A DNA stretch of 35,749 nucleotides. Source: Terricaulis sp. (GTDB lineage Bacteria > Pseudomonadota > Alphaproteobacteria > Caulobacterales > Aquidulcibacteraceae). Of the stretch, positions 1 through 9,212 are shown piece by piece. The position numbers and the translations under genes are program-made. Position 1 is the first letter of the stretch. Each line of letters starts with the position of its first letter. Under the pieces are notes generated by a model. The model was not told where the DNA came from. It did no database searches and saw only the letters and a list, made by a program, of their open reading frames with translations. Where the stretch lies: assembly GCA_035444925.1 (NCBI GenBank), contig DAOMPU010000001.1, positions 1 to 35,749 on the forward strand, given 5' to 3'.

Positions 1-1
1 C

Positions 2-115
2 AATATCGAGGCGATCGCCACTTCGGAGATCAAAATCTCGGTGTTGATCGACGCGCCCTATACCGAGCTTGCGGTGCGCGCGCTGCACACCGCCTATGGA
101 TTGGACGCTGCGTAA
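2..115 (+). CDS. lysC: Aspartate kinase, C-terminal end (partial, runs off the window start)
   Basis: Manual translation of frame 2 gives NIEAIATSEIKISVLIDAPYTELAVRALHTAYGLDAA*, the typical last ACT-domain segment of aspartokinase. lysC-ptsP adjacency is common in alphaproteobacteria. Confidence 0.92.
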   Translation, partial: NIEAIATSEIKISVLIDAPYTELAVRALHTAYGLDAA

Positions 116-144
116 CGCAGCTTAAAGGAGGATTGCGAGCGCCG

Positions 145-2409
145 ATGACTGGCCCGGCAAACGTCGGCGGATCCAGGATGCTCCTGCGCAAGCTGCGGGA
201 GATCATGGAGGCGGGCGGCTCCGCGCAGGAGCGGCTGAACCGTCTCGTGGCCATGGTGGCCGCGACGATGGTGGCGGACGTATGCTCGATCTACCTGACG
301 CGCGGGCAATTCCACGAATTGTTCGCCACGCAGGGGCTGAAGTCGGACGCGGTTCACCGCACGCGCCTGGGTCACGGCGAAGGGCTTGTCGGCCTCGTCG
401 CGGAGACGGCGCAACCGCTCAACATCGCCGACGCGCCGCATCATTCGCGCTTTTCCTACCGCCCTGAGACCGGCGAAGACCCGTACCTCTCCTTCCTGGG
501 CGTGCCGATCGTGCGCTCTGAGCGCGTGTTCGGCGTGCTCGTGGTGCAAAACAGCGTGCAGCGCATCTACGGCGAGGATGAGGTTGAGGCGCTGCAGACC
601 ATCGCCATGGTGCTGGCCGAAATGGTCGCGGCCAATGCGTTCGGCGATCTCTCCGGCCTCGCGGACGTGGAGGCGCGGCCAAGCAAGCCTGACTTGCTGC
701 ACGGCAAAGCGTTTTCCGACGGCATCGCCATTGGCGTCGCGGTGCTGCACGAGCCGCATGCGCCGCTCGGGCGCGTGATCGCGGACGATCCGTTCAAGGA
801 AGAAGAGCGCCTCAACGCGGCGTTGGCGCAAGTGCGCAGCGTGCTCAAGGAAATGCTCGAAGGCGATCCTGGGCGCATCTCCGGCGTGTCGCGCGAGGTG
901 CTCGAAACCTTCCTGATGCTCGCGCACGATCCGAGTTGGGAGGCCAAGCTGCGCAATGGCGTGCGCGCCGGCCTCTCGGCCGACGCCGCGGTGGAGCGTA
1001 TTCGCGGCGAGCACCGCGCCAAATTCAACGCCACGCGCGACCCGTATTTGCGCGAGCGGATGCAGGATCTTGAAGATCTGGACAATCGCCTGCTGCGCGC
1101 GCTCGCCGGCGTGGACGGCGCGGCTAAGCAAGCGATGCCTGAAAACGCCATCCTGATCGCACGCGATCTGGGGCCGGCCGAATTGCTGGATTACGGGGCC
1201 GAACGCCTCGCCGGCGTGGCTTTGGAAGAAGGCTCAAGCGCCGCGCATGCGGCGATCGTGGCGCGCGCGCTGGGCGTGCCCATGGTAGGCGTGCTGCCCG
1301 GGCTGCTCTCGCGGGTCGAGGACGGCGACCCCGTGGTGCTGGACGGTGAGCGCGGCGAGGTGCGTCTGCGCCCCGAGCCGCAGGTGGTGTTCACCTATCG
1401 CCAGCGGCTCGACCTGCGCTCGCAGCAGGCGGCCGAATTTGCGCGCCTCAAGGATGCGCCGGCGGTGACGCAAGACGGGGTGGCCGTGGCGCTGCTGCTT
1501 AATGCGGGGCTGGCGCTTGACGTGCACCATCTGGACGAAACCGGCGCCGAGGGCGTGGGGCTGTTCCGCACCGAGTTTCAGTTCATGGTGTCGGAGACGC
1601 TGCCGCGTCTGGAAAGCCAGACGCTGCTCTACCGCGACGTGCTGGAAACGGCGGGAGATCGCCCCGTCACCTTCCGCACGCTCGATCTCGGCGGCGATAA
1701 GGTGCTGCCTTACGTTAAGGCAGAGCGCGAGGAGAACCCCGCGCTTGGCTGGCGCGCCGTCCGCATCGGGCTCGATCGGCCCTCGCTGCTTCGCTACCAA
1801 TTGCGCGCGCTGATCAGCGCGGGCGCGGGCCGTCGCCTGCGCGTCATGTTTCCCCTGGTCACCACGCTGGCGGAGTTCGACGCCGCGAACGCCCTCGTGC
1901 AGCGCGAGTTGGAGTGGGCGCAGCGTTTTGGCCGCGCCGCGCCTGCGCAGATCGAGGTCGGCGTCATGGTCGAGGCGCCGGCGCTGGCGTGGGCGATCCC
2001 AGGGCTCAAAGGGCGGGCCGATTTTCTTTCGGTCGGCACCAACGATCTGATGCAGTATTTCTTCGCTGCGGATCGGGGCAACGCCCGCGTTTCGGATCGT
2101 TACGATGTGCTGTCGGCGCCGGCGCTGCGCTTTCTGAGCCGCATCCGCGAAGACGCCGACGCGGCGGGCCTGCAAATCTCCGTGTGCGGCGAAGCGGCCG
2201 GCCGCCCGCTTGAAGCGTTGGCGTTCGTGGCGCTTGGCTTCCGGCGCCTCTCGATGCCGGCGTCCGGTATTGGGCCGGTAAAGCGCCTGGTGCGTTCGCT
2301 TAACGCTAAGGCGGCGGAAACCGCGATGGCGGGCCTGCTTGAAAGTAACAGCGCATCGTTGCGCCCGGAACTTGCGGAATTTGCGCAAAATGCGGGATTT
2401 GCACTGTGA
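145..2409 (+). CDS. ptsP: Phosphoenolpyruvate-protein phosphotransferase EI-Ntr (GAF + enzyme I)
   Basis: N-terminal GAF (ADVCSIY...GEGLVGLVA), phospho-His segment SSAAHAAIVARALG, GVGLFRTEF, RTLDLGGDK, EENPALGWRAVR, SVGTNDL, SVCGE. ATG at 145 chosen over TTG at 133 because AAGGAGG lies at 125-131. Confidence 0.96.
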   Translation: MTGPANVGGSRMLLRKLREIMEAGGSAQERLNRLVAMVAATMVADVCSIYLTRGQFHELFATQGLKSDAVHRTRLGHGEGLVGLVAETAQPLNIADAPHHSRFSYRPETGEDPYLSFLGVPIVRSERVFGVLVVQNSVQRIYGEDEVEALQTIAMVLAEMVAANAFGDLSGLADVEARPSKPDLLHGKAFSDGIAIGVAVLHEPHAPLGRVIADDPFKEEERLNAALAQVRSVLKEMLEGDPGRISGVSREVLETFLMLAHDPSWEAKLRNGVRAGLSADAAVERIRGEHRAKFNATRDPYLRERMQDLEDLDNRLLRALAGVDGAAKQAMPENAILIARDLGPAELLDYGAERLAGVALEEGSSAAHAAIVARALGVPMVGVLPGLLSRVEDGDPVVLDGERGEVRLRPEPQVVFTYRQRLDLRSQQAAEFARLKDAPAVTQDGVAVALLLNAGLALDVHHLDETGAEGVGLFRTEFQFMVSETLPRLESQTLLYRDVLETAGDRPVTFRTLDLGGDKVLPYVKAEREENPALGWRAVRIGLDRPSLLRYQLRALISAGAGRRLRVMFPLVTTLAEFDAANALVQRELEWAQRFGRAAPAQIEVGVMVEAPALAWAIPGLKGRADFLSVGTNDLMQYFFAADRGNARVSDRYDVLSAPALRFLSRIREDADAAGLQISVCGEAAGRPLEALAFVALGFRRLSMPASGIGPVKRLVRSLNAKAAETAMAGLLESNSASLRPELAEFAQNAGFAL

Positions 2410-2520
2410 TGCATCGCCGCGGCGCGTTGAGCCGCGCCTGATTCGAGATTACCTTGGCGCGGTGGCGCGGTATTTGCCTTTGTTAACGTTTGGCGCCCTA
2501 GAAAAACGGCCGACGTCCTG

Positions 2521-3360
2521 ATGCTGCATGGCAATCAAAGCGATCCCTCGGTCGAACCCGAGGCGGGCGAAGGCCGCGATGAGCGGCTGATCCCTGGCGC
2601 GCCCGCGCTGGCGCTCGATCCTGCTTGGCGCGCGGGGCGCAAGCTCGCGGAAGCGCGCGATCAGCTTGGCCTGTCTCTGGAGGAGGTGGCCGAGCGCATC
2701 CGCGTGCGCCGCGAATTCCTCGAAGCGCTCGAGCAAATGAACGTGAAGCTGCTGCCGGGCAAGGCGTATGCGCTGGCGTTCCTGCGTTCGTACGCCCGCG
2801 CGCTCGGCGTGGACGAGCGCGCCATCGTGGATCAGTTTCAAGACGAGGTCGCCTTCTCGCGCGAGGAGCACGAAAAGCCGATCCGCAATCCCGCTTCCCG
2901 CCCGCGCCGGGACCGCCCCTGGATGGCGGCGGCCGTGCTGGTGCTGGCGGGCATCGGATTTGTCGGCTGGCGCGCCTATGATCAGCAAGTCCGCCAGGAG
3001 CAGGGCGGGCAAGAGCAGGCGGCTTTGTCGCCCGGCGGCGAGGCCGCTGGCGGGCCTCCGATCGCGGCGGTTGAGGCCCAGCGCATCGTCGAGGTTCGCG
3101 CGGTGAGCGAAGGGTGGCTGGAGGCGCGCGGGCCGGACGGCACCGTGTTTTTCTCGCGCACCCTGCGCGCAGGCGAGGTTTACCGCCCCGACGCCAGCCC
3201 GGGCTGGACCCTCCACGCCCGCGATGGGGCTGCGTTTGAGCTGTTCGTGAACGGTGCGGCCGCCGGGCAGCTCGGCCCGCCGGGCATGCCGGTGCTCGGC
3301 CGCTCGCTCGACCAGATCGCCCCGCTGGCGCAGGCCCAGGTCGGATCTACCCGCAGCTAA
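2521..3360 (+). CDS. rodZ: RodZ-like cytoskeleton protein (XRE-type HTH, one TM helix, DUF4115-like C-terminus)
   Basis: GRKLAEARDQLGLSLEEVAERIRVRREFLEALE...LPGKAYALAFLRSYARALG, hydrophobic helix WMAAAVLVLAGIGFVGW, C-terminal WLEARGPDG...LRAGEVY; sits directly upstream of ispG as rodZ usually does. Start codon uncertain. Confidence 0.82.
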   Translation: MLHGNQSDPSVEPEAGEGRDERLIPGAPALALDPAWRAGRKLAEARDQLGLSLEEVAERIRVRREFLEALEQMNVKLLPGKAYALAFLRSYARALGVDERAIVDQFQDEVAFSREEHEKPIRNPASRPRRDRPWMAAAVLVLAGIGFVGWRAYDQQVRQEQGGQEQAALSPGGEAAGGPPIAAVEAQRIVEVRAVSEGWLEARGPDGTVFFSRTLRAGEVYRPDASPGWTLHARDGAAFELFVNGAAAGQLGPPGMPVLGRSLDQIAPLAQAQVGSTRS

Positions 3361-3427
3361 GGCGGGGGCGGGGGCTTCTGGGCGCGCGCCGGGCGCGCTA
3401 TCTCCCTCCTGAAAGGATCGCCTCTCC

Positions 3428-4567
3428 ATGGACGGCGCGCACCGCGACCTGCACCACATCCGCCCCTGGCGGCGCATTGAGCGCCGCCGCTCGCGTAAGA
3501 TTCGGGTGGGAAATGTAGAGGTGGGCGGCGATGCGCCGATCACCGTCCAGTCGATGACGAACACGCCCACGAGCGACGCGAGCGCTACGATCGACCAGAT
3601 TCGGCGCCTTGAAGAAGCGGGCGCCGATATTGTGCGCGTGTCCTGCCCGGACGAAGATTCCACCGCTGCGTTCGCCCAGATTGCGCGCGCCGTCAGCGTG
3701 CCGCTGGTGGCGGATATTCATTTTCACTATAAGCGCGGCATCGAAGCGGCCGCCGCGGGCGCGGCGTGCCTGCGCATCAATCCCGGCAATATCGGTAACG
3801 CTCAGCGCGTGAAGGAAGTGGTGCAGGCGGCCAAGGATCACGGCTGCTCGATCCGCATCGGCGTCAATGCCGGCTCGCTTGAGCAGCACTTGCTGGAAAA
3901 ATACGGCGAGCCGTGCCCGCAAGCGATGGTTGAAAGCGCGTTGCATCACGCCGCGCTGCTCGAAGAGCACGATTTCCGCGACTACAAAATCAGCGTCAAA
4001 GCGTCCGACGTGTTCCTCACCGCCGCGGCTTATCAGGCGCTGGCGGATGCGACCGATGCGCCGCTGCATCTCGGCGTCACGGAAGCGGGCGCCTTTCGCA
4101 CCGGCGCGGTAAAGTCCGCCATCGCCATGGGCTCGCTGCTTTGGGCCGGCATCGGCGACACCATCCGCGTCTCGCTCGCGGCCGATCCGGCGGAGGAGAT
4201 CAAGGTCGGCAACGATCTGCTGAAATCGATGGGCCTGCGCCAGCGCGGCGTCACCATCATCGCGTGCCCATCGTGCGCGCGCCAAGGCTATGACGTGATC
4301 GCCACCGTGGAAAAGCTCGAGCAGCGCTTGGCGCACATCGCCGAGCCGATCACGCTTTCGATCATCGGCTGCGTGGTCAACGGCCCGGGCGAGGCGTTGA
4401 TGACCGACCTCGGCTTTACCGGCGGGGGCAAGGGCGCGGGCATGATGTATGTCTCCGGCAAGCCGGATCATAAGGTCGACAATTCCTCGATGATCGACCA
4501 TATCGTGGATCTGGTGGAGCAACGCGCCGAGCAGCTCCGCGCCCAAAACGCCCCGGCGAAAGGCTGA
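3428..4567 (+). CDS. ispG: (E)-4-hydroxy-3-methylbut-2-enyl-diphosphate synthase (4Fe-4S)
   Basis: [51 protein letters not shown] and GCVVNGPGE cluster ligands. Confidence 0.98.
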   Translation: MDGAHRDLHHIRPWRRIERRRSRKIRVGNVEVGGDAPITVQSMTNTPTSDASATIDQIRRLEEAGADIVRVSCPDEDSTAAFAQIARAVSVPLVADIHFHYKRGIEAAAAGAACLRINPGNIGNAQRVKEVVQAAKDHGCSIRIGVNAGSLEQHLLEKYGEPCPQAMVESALHHAALLEEHDFRDYKISVKASDVFLTAAAYQALADATDAPLHLGVTEAGAFRTGAVKSAIAMGSLLWAGIGDTIRVSLAADPAEEIKVGNDLLKSMGLRQRGVTIIACPSCARQGYDVIATVEKLEQRLAHIAEPITLSIIGCVVNGPGEALMTDLGFTGGGKGAGMMYVSGKPDHKVDNSSMIDHIVDLVEQRAEQLRAQNAPAKG

Positions 4568-4569
4568 AG

Positions 4570-4983
4570 ATGCTGCAGCAGCACCTGCAGAACACCTACG
4601 ATTACTTGTTCGAGGCGGCCAACAATGCGCTGCTCGAAGGCGGCTCGTTTGCGCCGTTTGGCGCGGGCATCCGCAAAACGGGCGAACAAATCCACACCAA
4701 GGTCGATCTGCCGATCGACGCCTCCGGGCCGCTTGATCACATTTCCGGGCTGATCGCAGGTTTCCGGCTGGATGATCAGGAAAATGGCCTGATCGCCGCC
4801 GGCCTCGTGTTTGATGGCCGCGCGCAAAGTGATGACGCCGCCGCGCTTTGCTTTCATCTGGAAGCCGCCAACGGGCGCGCCATCGAAGTAATTCTGCCTT
4901 ACGCGCGCACCGAGGCTGAAATTTCCTATTACACGCCGCAGATCACCGAAGTGGCGTCAGAAATCTTCGCAGACATCGCTTAG
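4570..4983 (+). CDS. Hypothetical protein, 137 aa
   Basis: Fills the ispG-prfA gap with 2-nt spacers on both sides; globular, acidic, protein-like composition; no motif I can assign. Confidence 0.8.
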   Translation: MLQQHLQNTYDYLFEAANNALLEGGSFAPFGAGIRKTGEQIHTKVDLPIDASGPLDHISGLIAGFRLDDQENGLIAAGLVFDGRAQSDDAAALCFHLEAANGRAIEVILPYARTEAEISYYTPQITEVASEIFADIA

Positions 4984-4985
4984 CC

Positions 4986-6068
4986 ATGGCCGATCTCGAC
5001 CGTCTGGAGCGGCGCTTGAATCAAGCGCTGGAACGCTTTGAACGCGTGGAAGCGCGCCTTTCCGTTGCGAGTGAAAGCGCCGAGATCACGCGCCTCAGCC
5101 AAGAGCACGCGGAGCTAAAGCCGCTTGCGGATGCGGTGACGGCGCTCAGCGTCGCACGCTTGGAAATCGCCGGCCTTGAGGCGATGGCCAAGGAGAGCGA
5201 CGCCGAGATGGCTGCGCTCGCCAAGGAAGAGCTCGCCGCCGCGCGCGCGCGCATGCCCGCGCTTGAGCAGGCGGCGATGCTGCTGCTGGCGCCGAAGGAT
5301 AAGGACGAGAACGCCTCCGCGATCCTCGAAATCCGCGCCGGCACGGGCGGCGAAGAGGCGGCGCTGTTCGCCGGCGACCTTTTGCGTATGTATCAGCGCT
5401 ACGCTGGGCAGCGGCGCTGGAAGTTTGAGTTGGAAAGCATTTCCGACACCGGCATCGGCGGCGTGAAGGAAGCGGTGGCGTCCGTCACCGGCGCTGGCGT
5501 GTTTGGCCGCCTGCGGTTTGAAAGCGGGGTGCACCGCGTCCAGCGCGTGCCGGAAACCGAAGCGGGCGGGCGCATTCACACGTCTGCGGCAACGGTGGCC
5601 GTGCTGCCCCAGCCTGAAGGCGAGATCGACATCGTCATCGACGATAAAGACATTCGCATCGATACGATGCGCTCCTCCGGCGCCGGCGGCCAACACGTCA
5701 ACAAGACCGACAGCGCGGTGCGCGTGACGCACCTGCCCACCGGCATCGTCATCGTCAGCCAGGAAAAATCCCAGCACCAGAACCGCGCCAACGTGATGCG
5801 CATTCTGAAAGTAAAGCTCTACGATCTCGAACGTGAGCGCCAGCACGCCGCCCGCGCCGCCGAGCGCAAGGGCCAAATCGGCTCCGGCGATCGCAGCGAA
5901 CGCATCCGTACTTATAATTTCCCGCAAGGGCGCGTGACCGACCATCGCATCAACCTCACAGTCTATAACCTGCCGGAAGTGATCAACGGCGCGCTCGACC
6001 CGATCCTTGATGCGCTCGCGGCGGAGGATCAGGCGCGCAAGCTGGCCGCGCTGGAGGACGAGGATTGA
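4986..6068 (+). CDS. prfA: Peptide chain release factor 1
   Basis: [28 protein letters not shown] (PxT RF1 specificity motif), [28 protein letters not shown]. Confidence 0.98.
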   Translation: MADLDRLERRLNQALERFERVEARLSVASESAEITRLSQEHAELKPLADAVTALSVARLEIAGLEAMAKESDAEMAALAKEELAAARARMPALEQAAMLLLAPKDKDENASAILEIRAGTGGEEAALFAGDLLRMYQRYAGQRRWKFELESISDTGIGGVKEAVASVTGAGVFGRLRFESGVHRVQRVPETEAGGRIHTSAATVAVLPQPEGEIDIVIDDKDIRIDTMRSSGAGGQHVNKTDSAVRVTHLPTGIVIVSQEKSQHQNRANVMRILKVKLYDLERERQHAARAAERKGQIGSGDRSERIRTYNFPQGRVTDHRINLTVYNLPEVINGALDPILDALAAEDQARKLAALEDED

Positions 6069-6928
6069 GCACGACCCTCGTCTCGCTATGGACGGACGTG
6101 CGCCGCCGCCTGGAGGCGGCAGGTGTTGAAAGCCCGGTGCTGGATGCGCGCATGCTTATCGAAGCGGGCGCCGGCGTTTCGCGGCTCGATATCGTCACCG
6201 ATCCGCGCCGCGAAATGAGCGACGCGCAGGTCGCAGGCGTTGAGGCGCTCGCGCAGCGGCGCATCGCGCGTGAGCCGATCAGCCACATCCTTGGCCGCAA
6301 AAACTTTTGGACGCTCGAATTCGGCGTGACGCCCGACGTGCTGACGCCGCGCCCGGAAACGGAATTGCTCGTGGAAGCGGCGTTGGAATTTCTTCCGCCC
6401 GATCAGCCGGCGCGCGTGCTCGACATCGGTGTCGGCAGCGGCGCGATCCTGCTCACGGTGCTGAGCGAGCGGCCCGCCGCGCGCGGCGTCGGTGTCGATG
6501 TCAGCGACGCGGCGCTCGCAGTGGCGCGCGCGAACGCCGAAAAGCTCGGCCTCTCGTCGCGTGTCGAATGGCGCAACGCCAGTTGGGGCGAGGGGCTGGA
6601 AGGGGGCTTTGACCTGATCCTCTCCAACCCGCCCTATATCTCCAGCGACGAGATCGCGGGCCTGGCGCCCGAAGTGGCGCGCCATGAGCCGCGCCTGGCG
6701 CTCGACGGCGGGGCCGACGGGCTCGATGCTTACCGGGCTCTGGCGCCGCAGATCGCCGCCTTGCTGGCCCCGGGTGGACGCTTTGCGCTGGAGGTTGGGC
6801 GCGGCCAGGCCCCGGCCGTGTGGGCGCTCTGCGATCAAGCCGGGCTCAGCCCCGAGCAAGCCAGAGCCGATCTGGCGGGGATTGAGCGGATGATTGTGGG
6901 CCGTAAACGGCCGGCTTTGCTCGGATAA
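6065..6928 (+). CDS. prmC: Release factor glutamine N5-methyltransferase
   Basis: [12 protein letters not shown] motif [27 protein letters not shown]; TTG start overlaps the prfA stop (TTGA). Confidence 0.97.
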   Translation: MSTTLVSLWTDVRRRLEAAGVESPVLDARMLIEAGAGVSRLDIVTDPRREMSDAQVAGVEALAQRRIAREPISHILGRKNFWTLEFGVTPDVLTPRPETELLVEAALEFLPPDQPARVLDIGVGSGAILLTVLSERPAARGVGVDVSDAALAVARANAEKLGLSSRVEWRNASWGEGLEGGFDLILSNPPYISSDEIAGLAPEVARHEPRLALDGGADGLDAYRALAPQIAALLAPGGRFALEVGRGQAPAVWALCDQAGLSPEQARADLAGIERMIVGRKRPALLG

Positions 6929-6952
6929 ACGGCGAAATTGCTGAAAAAGCCC

Positions 6953-6981
6953 TTGGAGGCCGCGCGCGGAACGATTAGCTT
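6953..6981 (+). promoter_or_regulatory. Candidate housekeeping-sigma promoter for the DUF4167 gene
   Basis: TTGGAG-N17-TAGCTT, preceded by an A-rich stretch. Confidence 0.45.
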
Positions 6982-7208
6982 CCATCTCAGGAATCGGAGC
7001 TAAAGAGGCGTCCAGGGGCTGGACCCGCGCTCCGAAAGGGCAGGCCGGCGCGTAAGGCGCGGCTAGCATCCCTCAGCAAGAGGCAAGGCTATTCCATGCG
7101 GCGCGCGTGCGCCGGATCAGAGGGCCCGCAATGGGTCGAAAGCCGCTCAGGGCAGCGCATCGCGCCCGCCCGGGCCGCTCAACCACGGACGACAATGGTG
7201 AACTTCCA

Positions 7209-7877
7209 ATGAAGCGTCAGCGAGGCCGAGGCCGCGGCGGCAAGCCGGGCGGTGGCGGTGGTCATCAGTACCACAACAACAACCAGCCCAACCGCACGAT
7301 GGAAAGCAACGGGCCCGAAGGCAAAGTACGCGGGCCGGCGGCGCTGATTTATGAGCGCTATCTGCAAGCGGCGCGCGATGCGGCCAGTTCCGGCGATCGT
7401 GTTCTGGCGGAAAATTTCCTCCAGCACGCCGATCATTATTTCCGCCTGCTGCGCCAAATGCAGCCCGCGGTGCAGCCGCAGCCCCAAGCCGATCGCTTCA
7501 GCTCAGGCGCTGAGTTTGAAGGCGAAGAAGAAGGCGCGCTCGAAGCCGAAGGCGCCGATGAGGGCGGCGCTGAAGAGGCCGAGCAAATCGAGGCTGACGG
7601 CGAGCAGCAAGAACGCGCGCCCCAGCAAGGCGGCGAGCGTGACGGCGAATTCCGTCGTGGCCGCGGCCGTGGCCGGCGCACGCGCTTCCGCCCCGATGGC
7701 GAGCGCGGCGAGGGCGAAGGCGCTCAAGCGCGCGAAGAAGGGGGCGAGCAGCCCCGCCGCGAACCGCGCGAGCCCCGCCAGCCCCGTGAGCCCCGCGAAC
7801 CGCGCGGCGATCGCGAGGAAACCCGCGAAGGCTTCGCCGGCCCCGGCCCAAAGCCAGCGTTTCTCGGCTCAGATTAA
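7209..7877 (+). CDS. DUF4167-domain protein with disordered tails
   Basis: ESNGPEGKVRG...IYERYLQAARDAASSGDRVLAENFLQHADHYFR core, typical of the gene following prmC in alphaproteobacteria. Start moved to ATG 7209 (MKRQRGR). Confidence 0.9.
   Translation: MKRQRGRGRGGKPGGGGGHQYHNNNQPNRTMESNGPEGKVRGPAALIYERYLQAARDAASSGDRVLAENFLQHADHYFRLLRQMQPAVQPQPQADRFSSGAEFEGEEEGALEAEGADEGGAEEAEQIEADGEQQERAPQQGGERDGEFRRGRGRGRRTRFRPDGERGEGEGAQAREEGGEQPRREPREPRQPREPREPRGDREETREGFAGPGPKPAFLGSD
7749..7805 (+). repeat. Imperfect 9-nt coding tandem repeat, (E/Q)PR units
   Basis: cagccccgc cgc gaaccgcgc gagccccgc cagccccgt gagccccgc gaaccgcgc encodes QPR-R-EPR-EPR-QPR-EPR-EPR. Confidence 0.8.
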
Positions 7878-7879
7878 GC

Positions 7880-7905
7880 GAAAGGGTGCCGCAGGGCGCC
7901 CTTTC
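7880..7905. terminator. Probable bidirectional intrinsic terminator between convergent genes
   Basis: gaaagggtgcc-gcag-ggcgccctttc hairpin with short A/T tracts on both sides. Confidence 0.65.
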
Positions 7906-7915
7906 TAATTCCAGC

Positions 7916-8602
7916 TCAACGCTTGCTCGTCGGCGGCCGGGGCGGCGCCGCTAGGCGCCGCTCCAGATACGCGCGCGCGTGTTTTTCTACGTCGGCCAGA
8001 TGATCCTCGCCCGGGTCGCGGCCGCGGTAGAAATGGTCAGCGCCTTCGACGGGCTGGCCGTCCACTTTGATATTCTTCTGCGTGCGGATGCGGCCGATCA
8101 CGCGCTCCATGTCCGGCGCGGCGGTGACGTTGTCGCGCGTGCCGTAGATGATGACGCCAGAGGCCGGGCAGGGCGCCAGGAACGAGAGGTCGTAATGGTT
8201 GGCCGGCGGCGACACGGCGATGAAGCCGTCGATCTCAGGCCGGCGCATGAGCAATTGCAGGCCAATCCACGCGCCGAACGAATAGCCGCCCACCCAGCAT
8301 TGCTCGGCGTTGGGGTTCATGCTTTGCAGGTAATCGAGCGCGGAGGCGGCGACCGCCAATTCGCCCATGCCGTTGTCGAACACGCCCTGGCTGCGCCCGA
8401 TGCCGCGGAAGTTGAAGCGCAGCACCCCAAAGCCAAAATCGGCGAACAATTTGTAGAGCTGCACCGTCACCCGGTCATGCATTGAGCCTTGCGCGCGCGG
8501 GTGCCCGTGCAGGATCAGCGCAATCGGCGCCCCCTCGCGCGAGGGCTCGGTATAGCGCCCCTCAACCCGCCCGGCGGCGCCCGGAAAAATCACTTCTGGC
8601 AT
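7916..8602 (-). CDS. Alpha/beta-fold hydrolase (type found next to alphaproteobacterial Fe-S operons)
   Basis: MPEVIFPGAAGRVEGRY, LRFNFRGIGRSQG, nucleophile elbow GYSFG, ADHFY. Start moved to ATG 8602. Confidence 0.92.
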   Translation of the reverse strand: MPEVIFPGAAGRVEGRYTEPSREGAPIALILHGHPRAQGSMHDRVTVQLYKLFADFGFGVLRFNFRGIGRSQGVFDNGMGELAVAASALDYLQSMNPNAEQCWVGGYSFGAWIGLQLLMRRPEIDGFIAVSPPANHYDLSFLAPCPASGVIIYGTRDNVTAAPDMERVIGRIRTQKNIKVDGQPVEGADHFYRGRDPGEDHLADVEKHARAYLERRLAAPPRPPTSKR

Positions 8603-8644
8603 GCACTCGACCCCAGCCGCCCCGGCCTGAAAATGCAGGGGCGA

Positions 8645-8677
8645 ATTCTTGACCAAAACGCTCAGGTATCCTAGCTC
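8645..8677 (+). promoter_or_regulatory. IscR type-1-like operator overlapping the iscR/suf promoter
   Basis: ATTCTTGACCAAAACGCTCAGGTAT (8645-8669) resembles the 25-bp IscR type-1 box; it contains TTGACC (8649) followed after 17 nt by TAGCTC (8672). Confidence 0.7.
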
Positions 8678-8759
8678 TCGCTAGAGATAGGGCTTAAAGC
8701 CCCGCCCCGCAGGGGGCGGCTTCTAGCACAAGAAATTGGGCGCGGGGGAAGGGAAGCGC

Positions 8760-9206
8760 ATGCGTTTGACCTCAAAAGGCCGCTACGCGGTGATGGCGAT
8801 GGCGGATTTGGCCCTGCATGGCGGGGGCGAGCGCGCGGTGCCGCTGCAGGAAGTGGCGCGCCGGCAGGAAATTTCCCTGTCGTATCTGGAGCAGCTGTTT
8901 GCGCGCATGCGCAGGGCGGGCCTGGTGGCCGGGGTGCGCGGGCCCGGCGGGGGCTATCGGCTGGCGCGGGCCGCTTGCGAGGTGACGGTTGCGGAGATCA
9001 TCGCGGCGGTGAACGAGCCGATCAAAGCCACACGCTGCGACGCGGCTTCTTCGAAATCGTGCCTTGGCCGCACCGGGCGCTGCATCGCGCACGGGCTCTG
9101 GCAAGAAATGGGCGATCGCATTCAGGTGTTCCTGGTTTCTGTGTCGCTCGATGATGTTTTGAACAATCGCTTCGACGGCGCGGCTGCGCGCGTTGCGGCG
9201 GAATAG
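8760..9206 (+). CDS. iscR: Rrf2-family Fe-S cluster regulator IscR
   Basis: MRLTSKGRYAVMAMADLA, ISLSYLEQLF, RGPGGGY, and Cys-x7-Cys-x6-Cys-x2-His cluster ligands (RCDAASSKSCLGRTGRCIAH). Confidence 0.93.
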   Translation: MRLTSKGRYAVMAMADLALHGGGERAVPLQEVARRQEISLSYLEQLFARMRRAGLVAGVRGPGGGYRLARAACEVTVAEIIAAVNEPIKATRCDAASSKSCLGRTGRCIAHGLWQEMGDRIQVFLVSVSLDDVLNNRFDGAAARVAAE

Positions 9207-9212
9207 GACGCA

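Noticed and set aside
94-2388. Long antisense ORFs (345 and 384 aa) opposite ptsP, and similar ones opposite ispG, sufB, sufS, the helicase, parE, glnA and tig
   Set aside because: Shadow ORFs expected from high GC3 codon bias; they lie over well-supported genes and show no motifs.
2470-2500. TTAA-containing stretches before rodZ, at 30197, 33427 and 35095 as CtrA boxes
   Set aside because: Only half-sites; none gives TTAA-N7-TTAA.
7107-7208. N-terminal extension of the DUF4167 ORF in the track; likewise extensions on sufC (12364), aldehyde dehydrogenase (18663), SLT (26555), glnB (28156) and nnr (28174)
   Set aside because: Longest-ORF artefacts; family-typical starts, RBS or stop/start overlaps point to the downstream codons. 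No evidence for fusions.
7749-7805. Short tandem repeat considered as CRISPR or contingency locus
   Set aside because: 9-nt degenerate in-frame units with no spacers; no cas genes.
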